Shown: positions 27,846 through 40,352 of the stretch, piece after piece
Layout: each line of letters opens with the position of its first letter
How positions within the stretch are numbered: position 1 is the first letter of the stretch
NCBI GenBank assembly: GCA_951406725.2
Contig: OX597824.1
Coordinates: forward strand, 8,122,001-8,186,000
Origin: Octopus vulgaris
Taxonomy: Eukaryota
Reading direction: 5' to 3'
Length of the DNA: 64,000 bases
Translations under genes and position numbers: made by a program
Notes under the pieces: generated by a model
What the model was told of the DNA's origin: nothing
The model's database searches: none
Seen by the model: only the letters and a program-made list of their open reading frames with translations

Positions 27846-29896
27846 GGCAGATACAATACTATAATGCCAGATCACACATCAGATAAGCTGTTGGATTACA
27901 TCAAATAGGGATCTTAATAGGATTTGTGAAAATCACCCTTTCTTTCTTTGCTATCATTTCAAACATTATCAGCTCATGCCTTGGTGCGTCTGTCTGTCAG
28001 TGCACATACACATGTGTGCACGTACATGTGTGTATAGACACACACACACACACACACCAAATCCACTGCCTGGCTCGATATATATTTTATTCCTTCCAAT
28101 ATTCTTTGATTTGATTTTATTAAGGGCACAGAAAGGGATGCATTACATAGCTAGAGGATATGTAGAACATAAATGTGACAACCAGTGGTCGAAGATCTAT
28201 ATGAAGACAACTTTATAGAGAAACTATAAAAGGACCACCAAACACCAGTTTGAGGATTTATCTTCCAAAGCAACCAAGGACCTGTCTAGACGTTCTTTGA
28301 AGGCAAGGGGCTCATTTCACCAACAACTTTCTCAAACTGTTTCATGCAGTCTACAAAAACTCGAGTTTGCTTTTGATTTAACCTTTTAGCATTGAAACCA
28401 GTCATATGTGACCCCAAATACTCTACCAGTTTTATGTTCAAACTGACCAGATCTGGGGCCCTTACACCTCCGCTCCAATGTCATTTTAAAAAATAAACAA
28501 TCACAAACTCAAAATTTCAAAGCTATGAGATAATGCGGGATTCATTCAAAAGAAACTGAAATAAATAAGCAGGATATTTGACAGAGTAATCTGAATGCAG
28601 AGGGGACAAGACAAGTTTCTGAAGGGAACTGATTATCATCATCATCATTTAACGTCCGTTTTCCGTGCTAGCTCGGGTTGGACGGTTTGACCAGGGTCTG
28701 GTAAGCCAGGAGGCTGCATCAGGTTCTAGTCTGATTTGGCAGTGTTTCTACAGCTGGATGCCCTTCCAACCACACCATGAGTGTAGTGGGTGTTTTTTAC
28801 ATGCCACCGGCACAGGGGCCAGAGCAGGCAGAGTTCACTGTTGGGTTACCTTAGAACTGAACAGCAAGCGTCTGCACTTGAGTCCAATAACAACATAAAG
28901 AGCAGCCAGAAGAGGTAACACAGTGCAGGATCCAAGGGTCTCATAAAGATACTCCTTATATTTAATATCAGCATATCTTCATTTAAACACAAAATACTTT
29001 TTATTTTGTTATACTCAAAATTTTTTTTACAATATTTTAAGTGAAACTTTATTTTTTTAATCTTTTTCTAATGTTATTGTTAGTAACGGAGTTTGTATTT
29101 CATTGCCTTCTAAACCTTTTTCTCACAATACATCTAATTTTTTTTCAATAATAAAGATCTGCAAAACATGCTAAACTTGTTTGGATGAGAAGAAAAGGTG
29201 GCGAGCTGGCAGAATCATTAACACACTGGGCAAAATGCTTAGTGATATTGCGCCTGTCACTACGATCTGAGTTCAAATTCCACCGAGGTTGACTTTGCCT
29301 TTCATCCTTTCGGGGTCGATAAATTAAATACCAATTATGTACTGGGGTCGATCTAATCAACTTATCCCCCTCCCCCAAATTTCAGGCCACGTACCTATAA
29401 TAGAAAGGATTTTTACAGGTCATGGCAAATCGTTTAAGTGAGAGAATATCACATCATCCACTTTCCACTGCTTGCATGGATCAGACGAAATTACAGGAAG
29501 GAGATTTTCTAAAGCCAGGTAATAACATGAATTTAAATTTCACCATTTTCACTATTTCAACATACCTTCCGTCCTATGTACTCACAACAGAGTAGAAACT
29601 TGTCAAAGAATAGATTACAACAAGAGATAAATCATCCAAAGGTGCCAAGCTTGTTTATTAACTACTAACGCATGAGTATATGTTACCTAGATCCTATCAG
29701 ATCAAATCCATGTTAGACATGTTAAGGGCCAAGAGGAATTATTAAATCATTGATGCTTTGATTAACACAGCAATTAAAACTGAACTGTAGTTCTTAGTTA
29801 CGACCACTTCAAGAACAACTGTCCAGTTTTTCTGCCCATTAAGGCCCCATGGAATGCCAAAGTCCTTTCTAACCAGAGTAGTGATTGGTCAGTTAC

Positions 29897-30000
29897 CTTT
29901 TACGTAATCGCGAGGATCTTCTTGTTCATCATCATCTGACCCAAGGATTTCTTCTTCATCTTCATACACAGGGTCACAAGACTTGTGTGTATCAGCAGAC
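29897..30000 (-). CDS. SRPK: SRPK exon: SADTHKSCDPVYEDEEEILGSDDDEQEDPRDYVK
   Basis: Acceptor ttctgtgttaaag and donor gtaact; 104 nt, phase 2 to 1. EEEILGSDDDEQEDP is conserved in SRPK1/2. Confidence 0.96.
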
Positions 30001-31879
30001 CTTTAACACAGAAAAGAAATGGGGGGGAAACATGTAGTATTTAATAAAGAAGTGATGACATTCAAAAGCAAATACGTAGAACGAAATTGGTTTATTAGAT
30101 CAGGCTTAACTAATCCTCGCTAACGAGCTTTAGGGGAGTAAAACTTAAAACACTTTGAAGGTTACATCAAGACATATAAAAATATCATCTCCAACACAAT
30201 TATTAAAAAGTTCCAGTCTCAAATGAAAAACAATAAAAATGCAAAAAAAAAAATAATAAATTATTAACAATTAAAAATTTTCTGCAGCTTTTCACCGAAA
30301 ACCTGGAAATATTGAACAATTAAACAAATGAGCAAAAGCAATATTGTGTGTGACATGAAATTTTCTTCCCATTCTTCAGAGCGCAATAAAGCCCTAAAAA
30401 GCAATCTTAAGCCAACTAATTAAAAATTCAAGGATAATGGCAGAGCCATTTTAACTAAAAATCAGGCAACATTTTTACTATTGAAAAATATTAGACATCA
30501 AAGAACTAAAGCTTCTTTGCTAGAATTAACAAGAAAATCTCCCTCAAATCACGTTGGCATCTGGAAAGGAAAATGGATTAAAAAAGGAAAAGGGATTAAA
30601 CAAAGGAATTAAAAAAAGGAAAAGGATGAGCATATTGGGTGTTGTAGTGCTAAATATACAATGTCAGGATTGTTGTCACAATGATTAGGGGTCTGTTCAA
30701 TCAAGGATGGCCTGGAGCTAATCAGCATAATAGAAAGAGCAAGGAATTCACTAAGGGTTTGTTAATTAAACAACACACCTGAAGAATCAAAACAGAACAC
30801 TGAACCCCTGCAGAAATTAATGCAAACAGAGGAAGAACACAAAGTCCAAAATTGGAACATCTGTATATTCTTTGACTGGTTTCAGTCATTAGACTGGGGG
30901 CCACACTAAGGTACTGCTTTCAAGGGCTTTAGTCAATCATATCGACCCATTCCTACCCTCACCCCAGTTTTTATTAGTTGAATGACTAAGTTGAACTCTC
31001 TGACACACACACACACACATAATGGGCTTCTACACAATCTGTCTGCTAAATTCCACTCAAAAAGGTACTGACCAACTCAAGACTACAGCAGAGCAGAAGA
31101 TGCTTGCTGAACGGCCACAGCAATGGGGTCATAGAGGAAAGCCATGTGGCCACAGCAGAGCAAACAACTTGACCATTTTATCTAAGAATTCTTTTGTCTT
31201 TCACAAGTTTTAGTCATTGGACTGTGGTCATGCTGGGGCACTACCTGGAAGGGTTTGGTCAAGCAGATCACACCCTGTATCTATTTTCTAAGTCAACTAA
31301 TTATTCTGTCAGTTTCTTTTACCAAGCTGCTAAATTATAGGAACATAACAAACCAGCACAGGTTGCCAAGCAGCAGAGAGTCCTCCCCAAACACACAGAT
31401 ACACACATACATATTCATCATCATCATTTATCAGCCATGTTCAATACCGATATGGGTCAAACAATATATTGCTTGAAAGGCAATGCATAGCAGTATTTCG
31501 TCTGTCTTTACGTTCTGAGTTCAAATTCCACTAAGGCCAACTTTGCCTTTCATCCTTTCAGGGTCGATAAATTAAGTACCAGTTGCGTACTGGAGTTGAT
31601 CTAATTGACTGGCCCCCTCCCCAAAAACTTCAGGCCTTGTGCCTAGGGTAGAAAAGAATATACTGTTTGGTGTGTGTGTGTGTGTGTAGGCCAAGATTCC
31701 AGTTTCCATGTACCAAACTTGCTCATAAGACACTGGTCAGACCAAGACTATAGTAGAAGACACTCACCCAAATTGCCATGCAATGGGAATGAACCCTAGG
31801 CCACATGGTTGCAAAGTGAGTTTCTAAACCAGGCAAATCAAATGAAATACACTGCTGGATTTGCACTTGGAGTGAAAAA

Positions 31880-32160
31880 AGAAAACTCAAACAATAACTT
31901 AGAAACAGCTGTAAAGACATCGCCTGCTTGTCTCCACCAATATAAGGGAAAGACAACTGCGCTTTGCAGGATACTGCTGGCCAGCTAAACAAGAGCTGGC
32001 TACTGGCATACTGTGATGGATGCCAAAACACGGCCATGCTGGAGCTGGTCATTTGAACACACCATACATAGATAACTCATCAGAGATGCTGAGTGTCTAC
32101 CTGAAGACTTCTCTCAAGTGATGCAGGACTGAGGGGGATGGAATGTGCGGAGTAAAAATG
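31880..32160 (+). mobile_element. Decayed RTE-like LINE ORF C-terminal fragment
   Basis: Translates to IRERQLRFAGYCW..KQELA..WMPKHG..PYID, typical of RTE-group C-termini. Confidence 0.6.
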
Positions 32161-32843
32161 GCTAGAGAAGACATTTACTCAAAATGCCATACAGTAAAAT
32201 TGAACCAGAGACCACATAGTTAGACAGAGAGAGAGAGAGAGAGAGATACAGACAGACAGACAGGCTAAGACTTCCCAGTTATGCCAACCAAATTAACAAT
32301 AAGTAGTTAGAAATGACAGTCTAAAACTAAATACAATTTTCTACATCAAGAATCCGAAACAAAATTCACCAAGCCATCCAAAATACATCAATCATATAAT
32401 CTAGAATGCATCAATCTAGATTAAGTCAACTTTCAGACATTTCATGCTCCATTATTCTTTTTATTCCCCCGCAAACAAAAGTATTGCGATAAATAAGCAG
32501 CTTTGCACAAATAGTCTGAACGCCGGGTTTAAAACTAAACTAGGTGAGAATTTAAGGTATCAGGTAGAACTGCAAGGAAATATCAAAATGTTTGCAGGGC
32601 CCAATGAGGGGGAGGAAGAGGGGGTTGACTTAATCCAAAATAAAATGTAAATAATATTTTTATAACAACAAAATATAAACTGTCACATCAAAGCTTTTGT
32701 ACGAGATTAACGAGGTCTCTTCACATTCCCATGAATGCAAGTTCTTTCACAGTGTGTGGCTCTTTGGGCCAACGCCTTGTGAGCTTAATTGCGTTTAATT
32801 GCTAGAAAGAAACTGTATGTATGGAACCTTGATACATACATCT

Positions 32844-33150
32844 CACATGGCTCAGCAGTTAGTGCACTGGGCGCACAATCATGAGGTAGTGAGTTCGATT
32901 CCCAGACCAGGCAATGTGCTGTGTTGTGTTCTTGAGCAAGACACTTTATCTGACGTTACTCCAGTTCATTCGGCTGTAGAAATGGGTTGCGACACCATTA
33001 GTGCCAAGCTGTATCAGCCTTGGCCTTTCCTTTGGATAACAGTGGTGTGGAGAGGAGAAGTTGGTATGCATGGGTGATTTCTGGTCTTCCATAAACAAGC
33101 TTGCCTGGACTTGTGCCTCAGAGGGGTACATTCTAGGTGCAATCCCAACG
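32844..33150 (+). mobile_element. Fourth tRNA-derived SINE family; partial relative at 36389-36530
   Basis: A box tggctcagcagttag, B box gagttcgattccc, core cttgagcaagacactt. Confidence 0.7.
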
Positions 33151-33423
33151 ATTGCGGCCCATTACACTTTTTGTGTTAAAAGGAAGATACCAGAAGCCCA
33201 GAATTCCCAGGACAGCACACTCATCATGAAGAGGAGATGATTGTACAGTTACTTGTCCTCAATATAAATCTATCGATTAGTATTTCAGTAATTCCGTCAT
33301 CATTAAAAGTAGCATCTGCTTATTAATTGGAGTTAAAAATCTTTTAGTATGAAATATCTAGAAATAGAATGCTTTTGAAAAGTGGAGAGCAAAAATGGAA
33401 ACTCTGAAATGAGGAACATTTAC

Positions 33424-33514
33424 ACGTGAACACAAAAACCCCATTTACTTGTGAGGAGTTCGCGTATTACTAGCGCTGAAATTACTGTCGACTCAACTCT
33501 TCTCTTTAAATGAT
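33424..33514 (-). CDS. Candidate internal exon: (Y)HLKRRVESTVISALVIRELLTSKWGFCVH(V)
   Basis: Very strong acceptor ttttcttctgcatctctctcttaccag. Only one frame is open. Donor GT|gtaaat gives phase 1 to 2; an alternative donor lies at 33448. Confidence 0.4.
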
Positions 33515-34508
33515 CTGGTAAGAGAGAGATGCAGAAGAAAATATGCTTTATTATTTATTCAAAGGTACTATTTCAAAAACCACTCATAGATTGCTTCACT
33601 TTTTATTTATTTTTTTTTTATCAATAGTCTATGAGGCAAGGAAAAAGAGAAGGGGTGAAGGAGGGGGAGAGAGAGAGAGACTAAGAATTAATAAAGTAGA
33701 CACAAGAATCATTCATAACTTGGTGAGAGCAAACCACTTTGATCTGTCTTTTCAGTTCCATTTTTAGAAATTACTTTCTTCTGCCTTAATAAATGATGTG
33801 AATCTGTCCAACAATTTATCACCAAACGAACAAGAAATATAGAGATGGGAGGGCAAAGAAGAGGAAACAGGAGCCAATATCTAAGCATATATAAATAGAT
33901 CATAGAAATTAATGCCAATGCCAAGACGGTAATGCAGAAGAAAACAAAAATACAGAAAGTAAAGGGGAAAAGAAAAAAAAAAAGAAAAATGTTAATTAGC
34001 CAAAAATTCAAGAAATAACGACCCTAATTCTTCTACAAAAAATATATTATTATGTAGCTTTATTAAGAAAGTGGTAACTGTGCCAGGCTATTGCTTCCCA
34101 TATTAATATCTTAAAGCAAATTATAGCTGTGTGTGTGTGTGTGTGTGTGTGTAAGATCAGAAAAGAAGAAGTTCGTTTAGTAACAACCTCCACAATGTAA
34201 TTTGGGAGGAGTGAGACATTTATTTTGGTCCACTTAAGGACTATCTTTGGGGCGGGAAGGAGAACAGAACAGACAAAACACCTCATCGAGTGAAAAATGT
34301 ATTTAAAATTGAATTTGGTGGTGGGGAGAACCCGAGATACAATTTATTTTCTCAAAATTATATTTCATGTAAAAACCACAAAAACCAACACCATTAATTT
34401 AACAAATATTCCTTTTTTTTAAAAAAAAAAAGGAAAAATCAAAGCTGAATTTATTTGCCAATAATGAATGCAAAAAGGAAAACCAACCAACAAACAAAAA
34501 AGACTAAC

Positions 34509-34518
34509 ATGATGTCAT
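34509..34518 (-). CDS. Candidate coding tip (MTS) of an alternative first exon
   Basis: ATG ACA TCA T|gttagt is phase 1 and fits the open frame of 33424-33514. A GC box (GGGCGG) lies near 34656. Confidence 0.25.
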
Positions 34519-36730
34519 AGATAATCCATACTAAGTGGTAAATATAACTTTGGTATGTCCTTCACTAAGTCCTTGTACTTGGTTGCTAACCCACACAGCA
34601 GCCAGATACAGCAATTCAATAACTGTTTATCAATGCAAGAATTGTTCATATTTCAGGGCGGGGGAGGCGAGGCAAAAAGAAAAAAATATTCCATGCTATA
34701 ATCTTCCAGCTCACTTTTCAATTAACAACAATTCTACATAAACAACACACAAACAAACACACATACACACTGGACATTTCAAAAAATCCATTACTGAGAA
34801 AATCTTTATTTCAAAATTCTCTTCCATAGCCAACTAGCCTTGGTGTGAAGCTAAAACCCCAGACCTCGATCTATAAAAACTGTTTTATATAATGCCAGAT
34901 ATCTGATCATCTCCTGCAAAAGCCATCTACAAAACTAAAGCTGCTTAGAAAAGCTAACACATAAATAGCCTCCAACTATTGACTAAACTCTCACCGTACA
35001 CTCTACACTTAGTACAATGACCCGACTCAAAGCCATCATCACTCAGTTTAAAATCCACTGCCTAGCACCATGGGCACCAGTAGCAGAGTCTTCAGGCCAG
35101 GAGCTTTGGAGAATACTTCCTTCCACTGTGAACCCCAACCCCTAATCTAGGAAGCCCTGAAGAGTCATGGTCACTGCCTTTCCTCCTGAATAAAAACTAC
35201 AATAAAACCCATTTGGTGCACTAACTTCTCCACACTTCTATTGGTACCACACTTCTCACAGTACCATGGTTTTGCTCCAATATTTCATTAGCATTTAAAC
35301 TAGCCAGATCTGGCTCACATATTCTCCCTGTTCTATGTTCAAACTGGCCATATTCAGCCTTTCACACCTACAAGCGAGGACTGGCTCCTGTGCAGGTGGC
35401 ACATAAAAAGCACCATTTGAGCGTGGCCGTTGCCAGTACCGCCTGACTGACCCTCATGCTAGTGGCACGTAAAAGCACCCACTACACTCTCAGAGTGGTT
35501 GATGTTAGGAAGGGCATCCAGCTGAAGAAACTGACAGATCAGACTGGAGCCTGGTGCAGCCATCTGGTTCGCCAGACCTCAGTCAAATCGTCCAACCCAT
35601 GCTAGCATAGAAAGCGGACGCTAAACGATGATGATTACAATGTCATACTAAAAACAAACAAGCACATCATTGAACTCCCAATGCAAAGAGATAATGCACT
35701 AGTAATTCCAAACAATACGAATAAATAACCTGAATACTAAAGGGTCACAGATGCACCACCCTCTAGTGAACCCCAGATCAGATCTCATCCAGCATTTCTA
35801 TGATTAAAAGCATTCCACTTATTACCAGGACAACATTATCTCCATGTGTTTATCTCTTTAAGACAACATGGAGCGACCTGAGAAATATCTGTTTTCTTTT
35901 TAACAGTTTCAGCAACCATGTAGAGGTTCTCTTGGCTCAAAATACACCATTACTTACTGAAATCATACAACTGATCAGATACAATTCTAAGACTTCGAAA
36001 CAAGCACAGATGTAGAACCTACTAAAATGGACAGCACAATGAAAATGTGAAAAAGATGTCCAATGATATGTAATAAACTGCAAGAGAAGCCAAACATTAT
36101 TAACACAGCAACAATTTGTAAGGGTCTGCTTGCCAAATTACTTCTTTCATCCATTTTTATCCACCTATCTACATGGCTTCTACTTTTTTTCCTCAAATTG
36201 TTTCTTTACCTATTTCTAACCATCATTAACCTATGATTATATTTAACTTAATTAACAACCATACAATCAACACAACACCTGGTATTATTATCCTCAGCAA
36301 CCCCAATGCATATATACAAAACTAAATATCCAATCATATGTACAACTCCTTTTAGAATACCTCAACAGTTATTGGTCTGCAAAGGTCCATAGTCTAGTGG
36401 TTAAGGTGTTAGATTATGATCATAAGACAGTGTGTTTGATTCCTGGATCAGGTTTGACATTGTCCTTGAGCAAGGCACTTCATTTTACGTTGCTCTGGTC
36501 TAATTTACTGAAATGCATACCAACAACCCTGTTCCCCTTTTGATGTTCCACTAACTCTGGTCCTCAACCATTTTTTATCTATGGAGCCCCTTTGATTACT
36601 ATTTTGTTCTGCTGGACCCTCAGAGCCATTCAGCGTTTAAAAGCTAGTTATATAGATACTTATTTCAAAATTCCTAATTTGGTTCCCACACATTCACTCA
36701 TATAGGTTTGCCAGAAACATGTTAAACTAA

Positions 36731-37169
36731 GGCGGCAAGCTGGCAGAAACGTTTAACACAGCAGGTGAAATGCTTAGCAGCACTTCGTCGGTTTTTATGT
36801 TCTGAGTTCAAATTCCACTCAGGTCGACTTTGCTTTCATCTTTTTGGGGGTCGATAAATTAAGTACCAGTTGCATACTGGGGTCGATCTAATTGACTAGC
36901 TCCTTCTCCAATATATTTTGGGCTTTGTGCCATGAGTAGAAAAGGTTATTAAAGGTGGTGAGCTGGCAGAAACGTTAGCACACCAGGTGAAATGTTTAGC
37001 GCCATTTTGTCTGCCTTTACGTTCTGAGTTCAAATTCCACTGAGGTTAACTTTGCCTTTCATCCTTTGAAGGTCAATAAATTAAGTACCAGTTGTATACT
37101 GGGGTCAATCTAATCGACTGGCCCCCTCCACCCCCACCAAATTTCAGACCTTGTGCCTATAGTAGAAAC
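36731..37169 (+). mobile_element. Head-to-tail dimer of SINE family B within one TSD
   Basis: Units at 36731-36946 and 36953-37169. TSD gaaaca(t/c)gttaaacta at 36714-36729 and 37170-37185. Confidence 0.85.
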
Positions 37170-37775
37170 GAAACACGTTAAACTACGTGAAACACCAGAG
37201 AAAGAAATCTAGCCATTTCTTGCAATAACTACATCCAAAACAACAGACCCTTAAAATACTCATGCATCCTAAAAAATTTTATAGGCCCTAATTAAGAAGC
37301 AACACCTAAAACAATGAACAAAAGCATGGCACATGTTACCAAATAACATGTGCTAGTGAGTGACAACTATGGTTTATATTCTTCATACTTTAATAATTAT
37401 CAGCAAAACATCTGCAACATATACATAATTTTATTTTTCAAACAATCTAGAGTAAAAGTAAGCCCCAATCCAACCAGCTGCTCACCCACTCCTTGTGTCT
37501 GCCATATTCAATTGCCATGAACTCTTTTATGTAAGAAAGATAACAAAATTAATCCTGAGGCTAAATATATAATCTCTTTAACTCCACTGTTGATATATAT
37601 ACATAGCTAACAAATTTTGAGAAATTAAGAATTTGCTTGAATAATCATTATTATGCTTGTGTCTGAAACATTACCAGGAAATTTTGATGGAAGGTTTTAG
37701 CTTAGATTCTTTTCAAACATGTTTCTATCATAGAATTAAGGACAGTCTTGGGCAGGTTGGTATGTATCAAAAGGT

Positions 37776-38004
37776 TTAACCCTTTCGTTACCGTATTTCT
37801 GTTGAGATGCTCTGTGTTTCCTTCAATTAATTTTAAATATAACAAAGAATTTAATAAAATAACTTGGTTATCATTAAGCTAGTGTTAGGAACGTAAATTG
37901 TGACTAAAGTTTGGTGGAAGATTTTAATTCAGAACTTATGAAAACAAGACATTATACCACAGAACCAGAGCCGGGTTTGGCCGGGTTAGTAACAAAAGGG
38001 TTAA
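37776..38004 (+). mobile_element. TTAA-flanked (piggyBac-like) MITE, family 1
   Basis: TTAA-CCCTTTCGTTAC...GTAACAAAAGGG-TTAA. Homologous copies at 63013-63240 (reverse) and 63912-64000. Confidence 0.85.
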
Positions 38005-38959
38005 AACCCTAATAAGCTGTGTGTGTGTGAGTGAGAGACAGACAGACAGAGCATGTTCATACATGTTCCATAATTTTACCAAACATAAAGGGATCTTAAC
38101 AAATTTATCTAAAGACTATAATTCAAAGGAACAATCCAAAAAAGATTAAAACACTATCTGAAAGCTATTTCTGCACTTGAAATATTTATTACGATGTATA
38201 TATTTTTTTTTTTTTCAAAAAATAACCCAAAATCAACAGCCAATTTGAGTAAATTCAGCTTCCATGCGAAATTCACAAATAATACTTGGTTCCTGAGAGG
38301 TTTTTCTTTTCTTTCTTTTCTTTTTTTTGTAATTTCAGTTTGATATGCTGCTACATACAAGATTAATATGAAATATTTTTATCTCTTGCTTAGAAACTAT
38401 TGGGAAAGAAACGTACTATCTCAAATGCCAGCCAACAAGAACAAACAGATAGAAATGAATATTTACAGGAAAGGATTTAAAATAATAATAATTATATATA
38501 AATATATGTATCTGGCAATTGCACATGCTAAAACCCATGCGAGAATGGAAAAACAAATTTGAAAAAATTGAAGAGTTCCGAGTGATAACAAAATAGGAAA
38601 AAATGGGAAAAAGAAAAACCAGAGAAGTGGCAACCAAGTTGGATCAACAGAAACCTGATTCCCATAGAACAGAGAATGACTTAACTAATTTAGAAGAAAT
38701 GTTGTTAGATATTTATTTCTTTATTGCCCACAGGCGGCTAAACATAGAGGGAACAAACAGGGATAAAGGGTTTAAGTCGATTGCATCGGCCCCAGTGCAT
38801 AACTGGTACTTATTTAATCGACCCCAAAAAGATGGAAGGAAAAGTCGACCTCAGCTGAATTTGAACTCAGAACCTAACGGCAGACAAAATACCACTAAGC
38901 ATTTCACCCAGTGTGCTAACAATTCTGCAACTCACCGCCCTGACTGTTGTTAAATATTA

Positions 38960-39135
38960 AGGTGCAAGAGTGGCTGTGTGGTAAGTAGTTTGCTTACCAA
39001 CCACATGGTTCCGGGTTCAGTCCCACTGCGTGTCACCTTGGGCAAGTGTCTTTTACTATAGCCTTGGGCTGACCAAAGCATTTAAGTGAATTTGGGAGAC
39101 AGAAACTGAAAGAAGCCTGTTGTGTGTGTGTGTGT

Positions 39136-39200
<65 letters not shown>

Positions 39201-39405
39201 TGTTTGTGTATCTGTGTTTGTCCCCCCAACATTGTTTGACAGCTGATGTTGGTGTGTTTACGTCCCTGTAACTCAGTGGTTTGGCAAAAGAGACCGACAG
39301 AATAAGTACTAGGCTTACAAAGAATAAGCCCTGTGGTCAATTTGTTCGACTAAAAGCAGTGCTCCAGTATGGCCACAGTCAAATGACTTGAAACATATAA
39401 AAGAA
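38960..39405 (+). mobile_element. SINE family A copy
   Basis: Head, body and tail as in 3808-4210. Confidence 0.9.
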
Positions 39406-39803
39406 TTCTAAATCAATGTCAATGCCCTTATACAGATATCTCAAAATAGCAGTTTCTCGTACAAAGCAAAAATAAGAGAGACATTAAGAGTGAGGGAGGA
39501 TGAAAGTCAAAATAATTAAAGGATTATCTTTTGAAGCATAATCAACAGTGATTAGAGATAAATGGAAATAACATGAGGAGGAGGAAGGGGTGAGGCTAAG
39601 CAAGGAAGAAACCTTGAAGTTATTTTCCAAAATTATTTCAATCTTAGTTTTAGGTTTATCAATAAGGAGTCCAATGTTATTTTGACGGGACTTTAAGGAG
39701 AGCAGGCAACATTCACTTACAGCATTCAACCAGTTGAATAAGCAGTTAAAGTCCCAATCGATACAAATTTTATAATACTGCACAATAAATTTAGACTGTA
39801 GGG

Positions 39804-40247
39804 TTAGACAACCAACTGGTACCCTGGTACCATATGTGTGTCTGTTTCTAAACAAAACTGCAATAAAACATCAAGTTCTTTTTTGGGAGCGAAGGGCTTT
39901 TGGATTACCAGAAGGATATTGTCTTGATGTGTATTTGAATGATCTGCAGCTGTTCCACATTCACAGACATCCTGGACTGCATCCAGAAAAGGGCCGCCTG
40001 ACTGACTGGCATGAAGCCACTCCATCATCTTCTGGTTCATAAGTGTGCTGTATCCTCTCTCTGCCTTTTCATCTACTACAACAATGGCCCCAGCTTCTCG
40101 GAGCCAGCTGGGCTCATCTTCCCGTCTCCACTCGGGCACTTCCTTCCCGCTCATCTTCCCGTCTCCTAGCAACCTAGTGGCATCCCGATATCCCAGTCCT
40201 TTCTCCACCGAAAGTTTAAGTCTATCTGGGATTCCTTCCTCGCTCAT
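39804..40247 (-). CDS. 147-aa non-repetitive ORF of unknown function (MSEEGIPDRLK...)
   Basis: Longest ATG-initiated ORF in the track that is not repeat-derived. Same strand as SRPK, GC-richer than its flanks, protein-like composition. No family recognised. Confidence 0.35.
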   Translation of the reverse strand: MSEEGIPDRLKLSVEKGLGYRDATRLLGDGKMSGKEVPEWRREDEPSWLREAGAIVVVDEKAERGYSTLMNQKMMEWLHASQSGGPFLDAVQDVCECGTAADHSNTHQDNILLVIQKPFAPKKELDVLLQFCLETDTHMVPGYQLVV

Positions 40248-40313
40248 GTCACCCCCACATGTGTTTCGACTTTACAAAGATTCGAGAGGAACATTAAACG
40301 GTGAAAATCTTAC

Positions 40314-40352
40314 TGGTCTGAGACGGCCAGAAACGGCCGTGGACACTGCTTC
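40314..40352 (-). CDS. Candidate 39-nt cassette exon (W)KQCPRPFLAVSD(Q), or first exon from the ATG at 40357
   Basis: CTCAC plus a long pyrimidine tract, first AG at 40354-40353, donor CCA|gtaaga. Phase 2 to 2, in frame. Confidence 0.45.

Noticed and set aside
32844-32910. tRNA gene candidates, also the heads of SINE families A and B
   Set aside because: A and B boxes are present but there is no full cloverleaf, and each runs into a SINE body.
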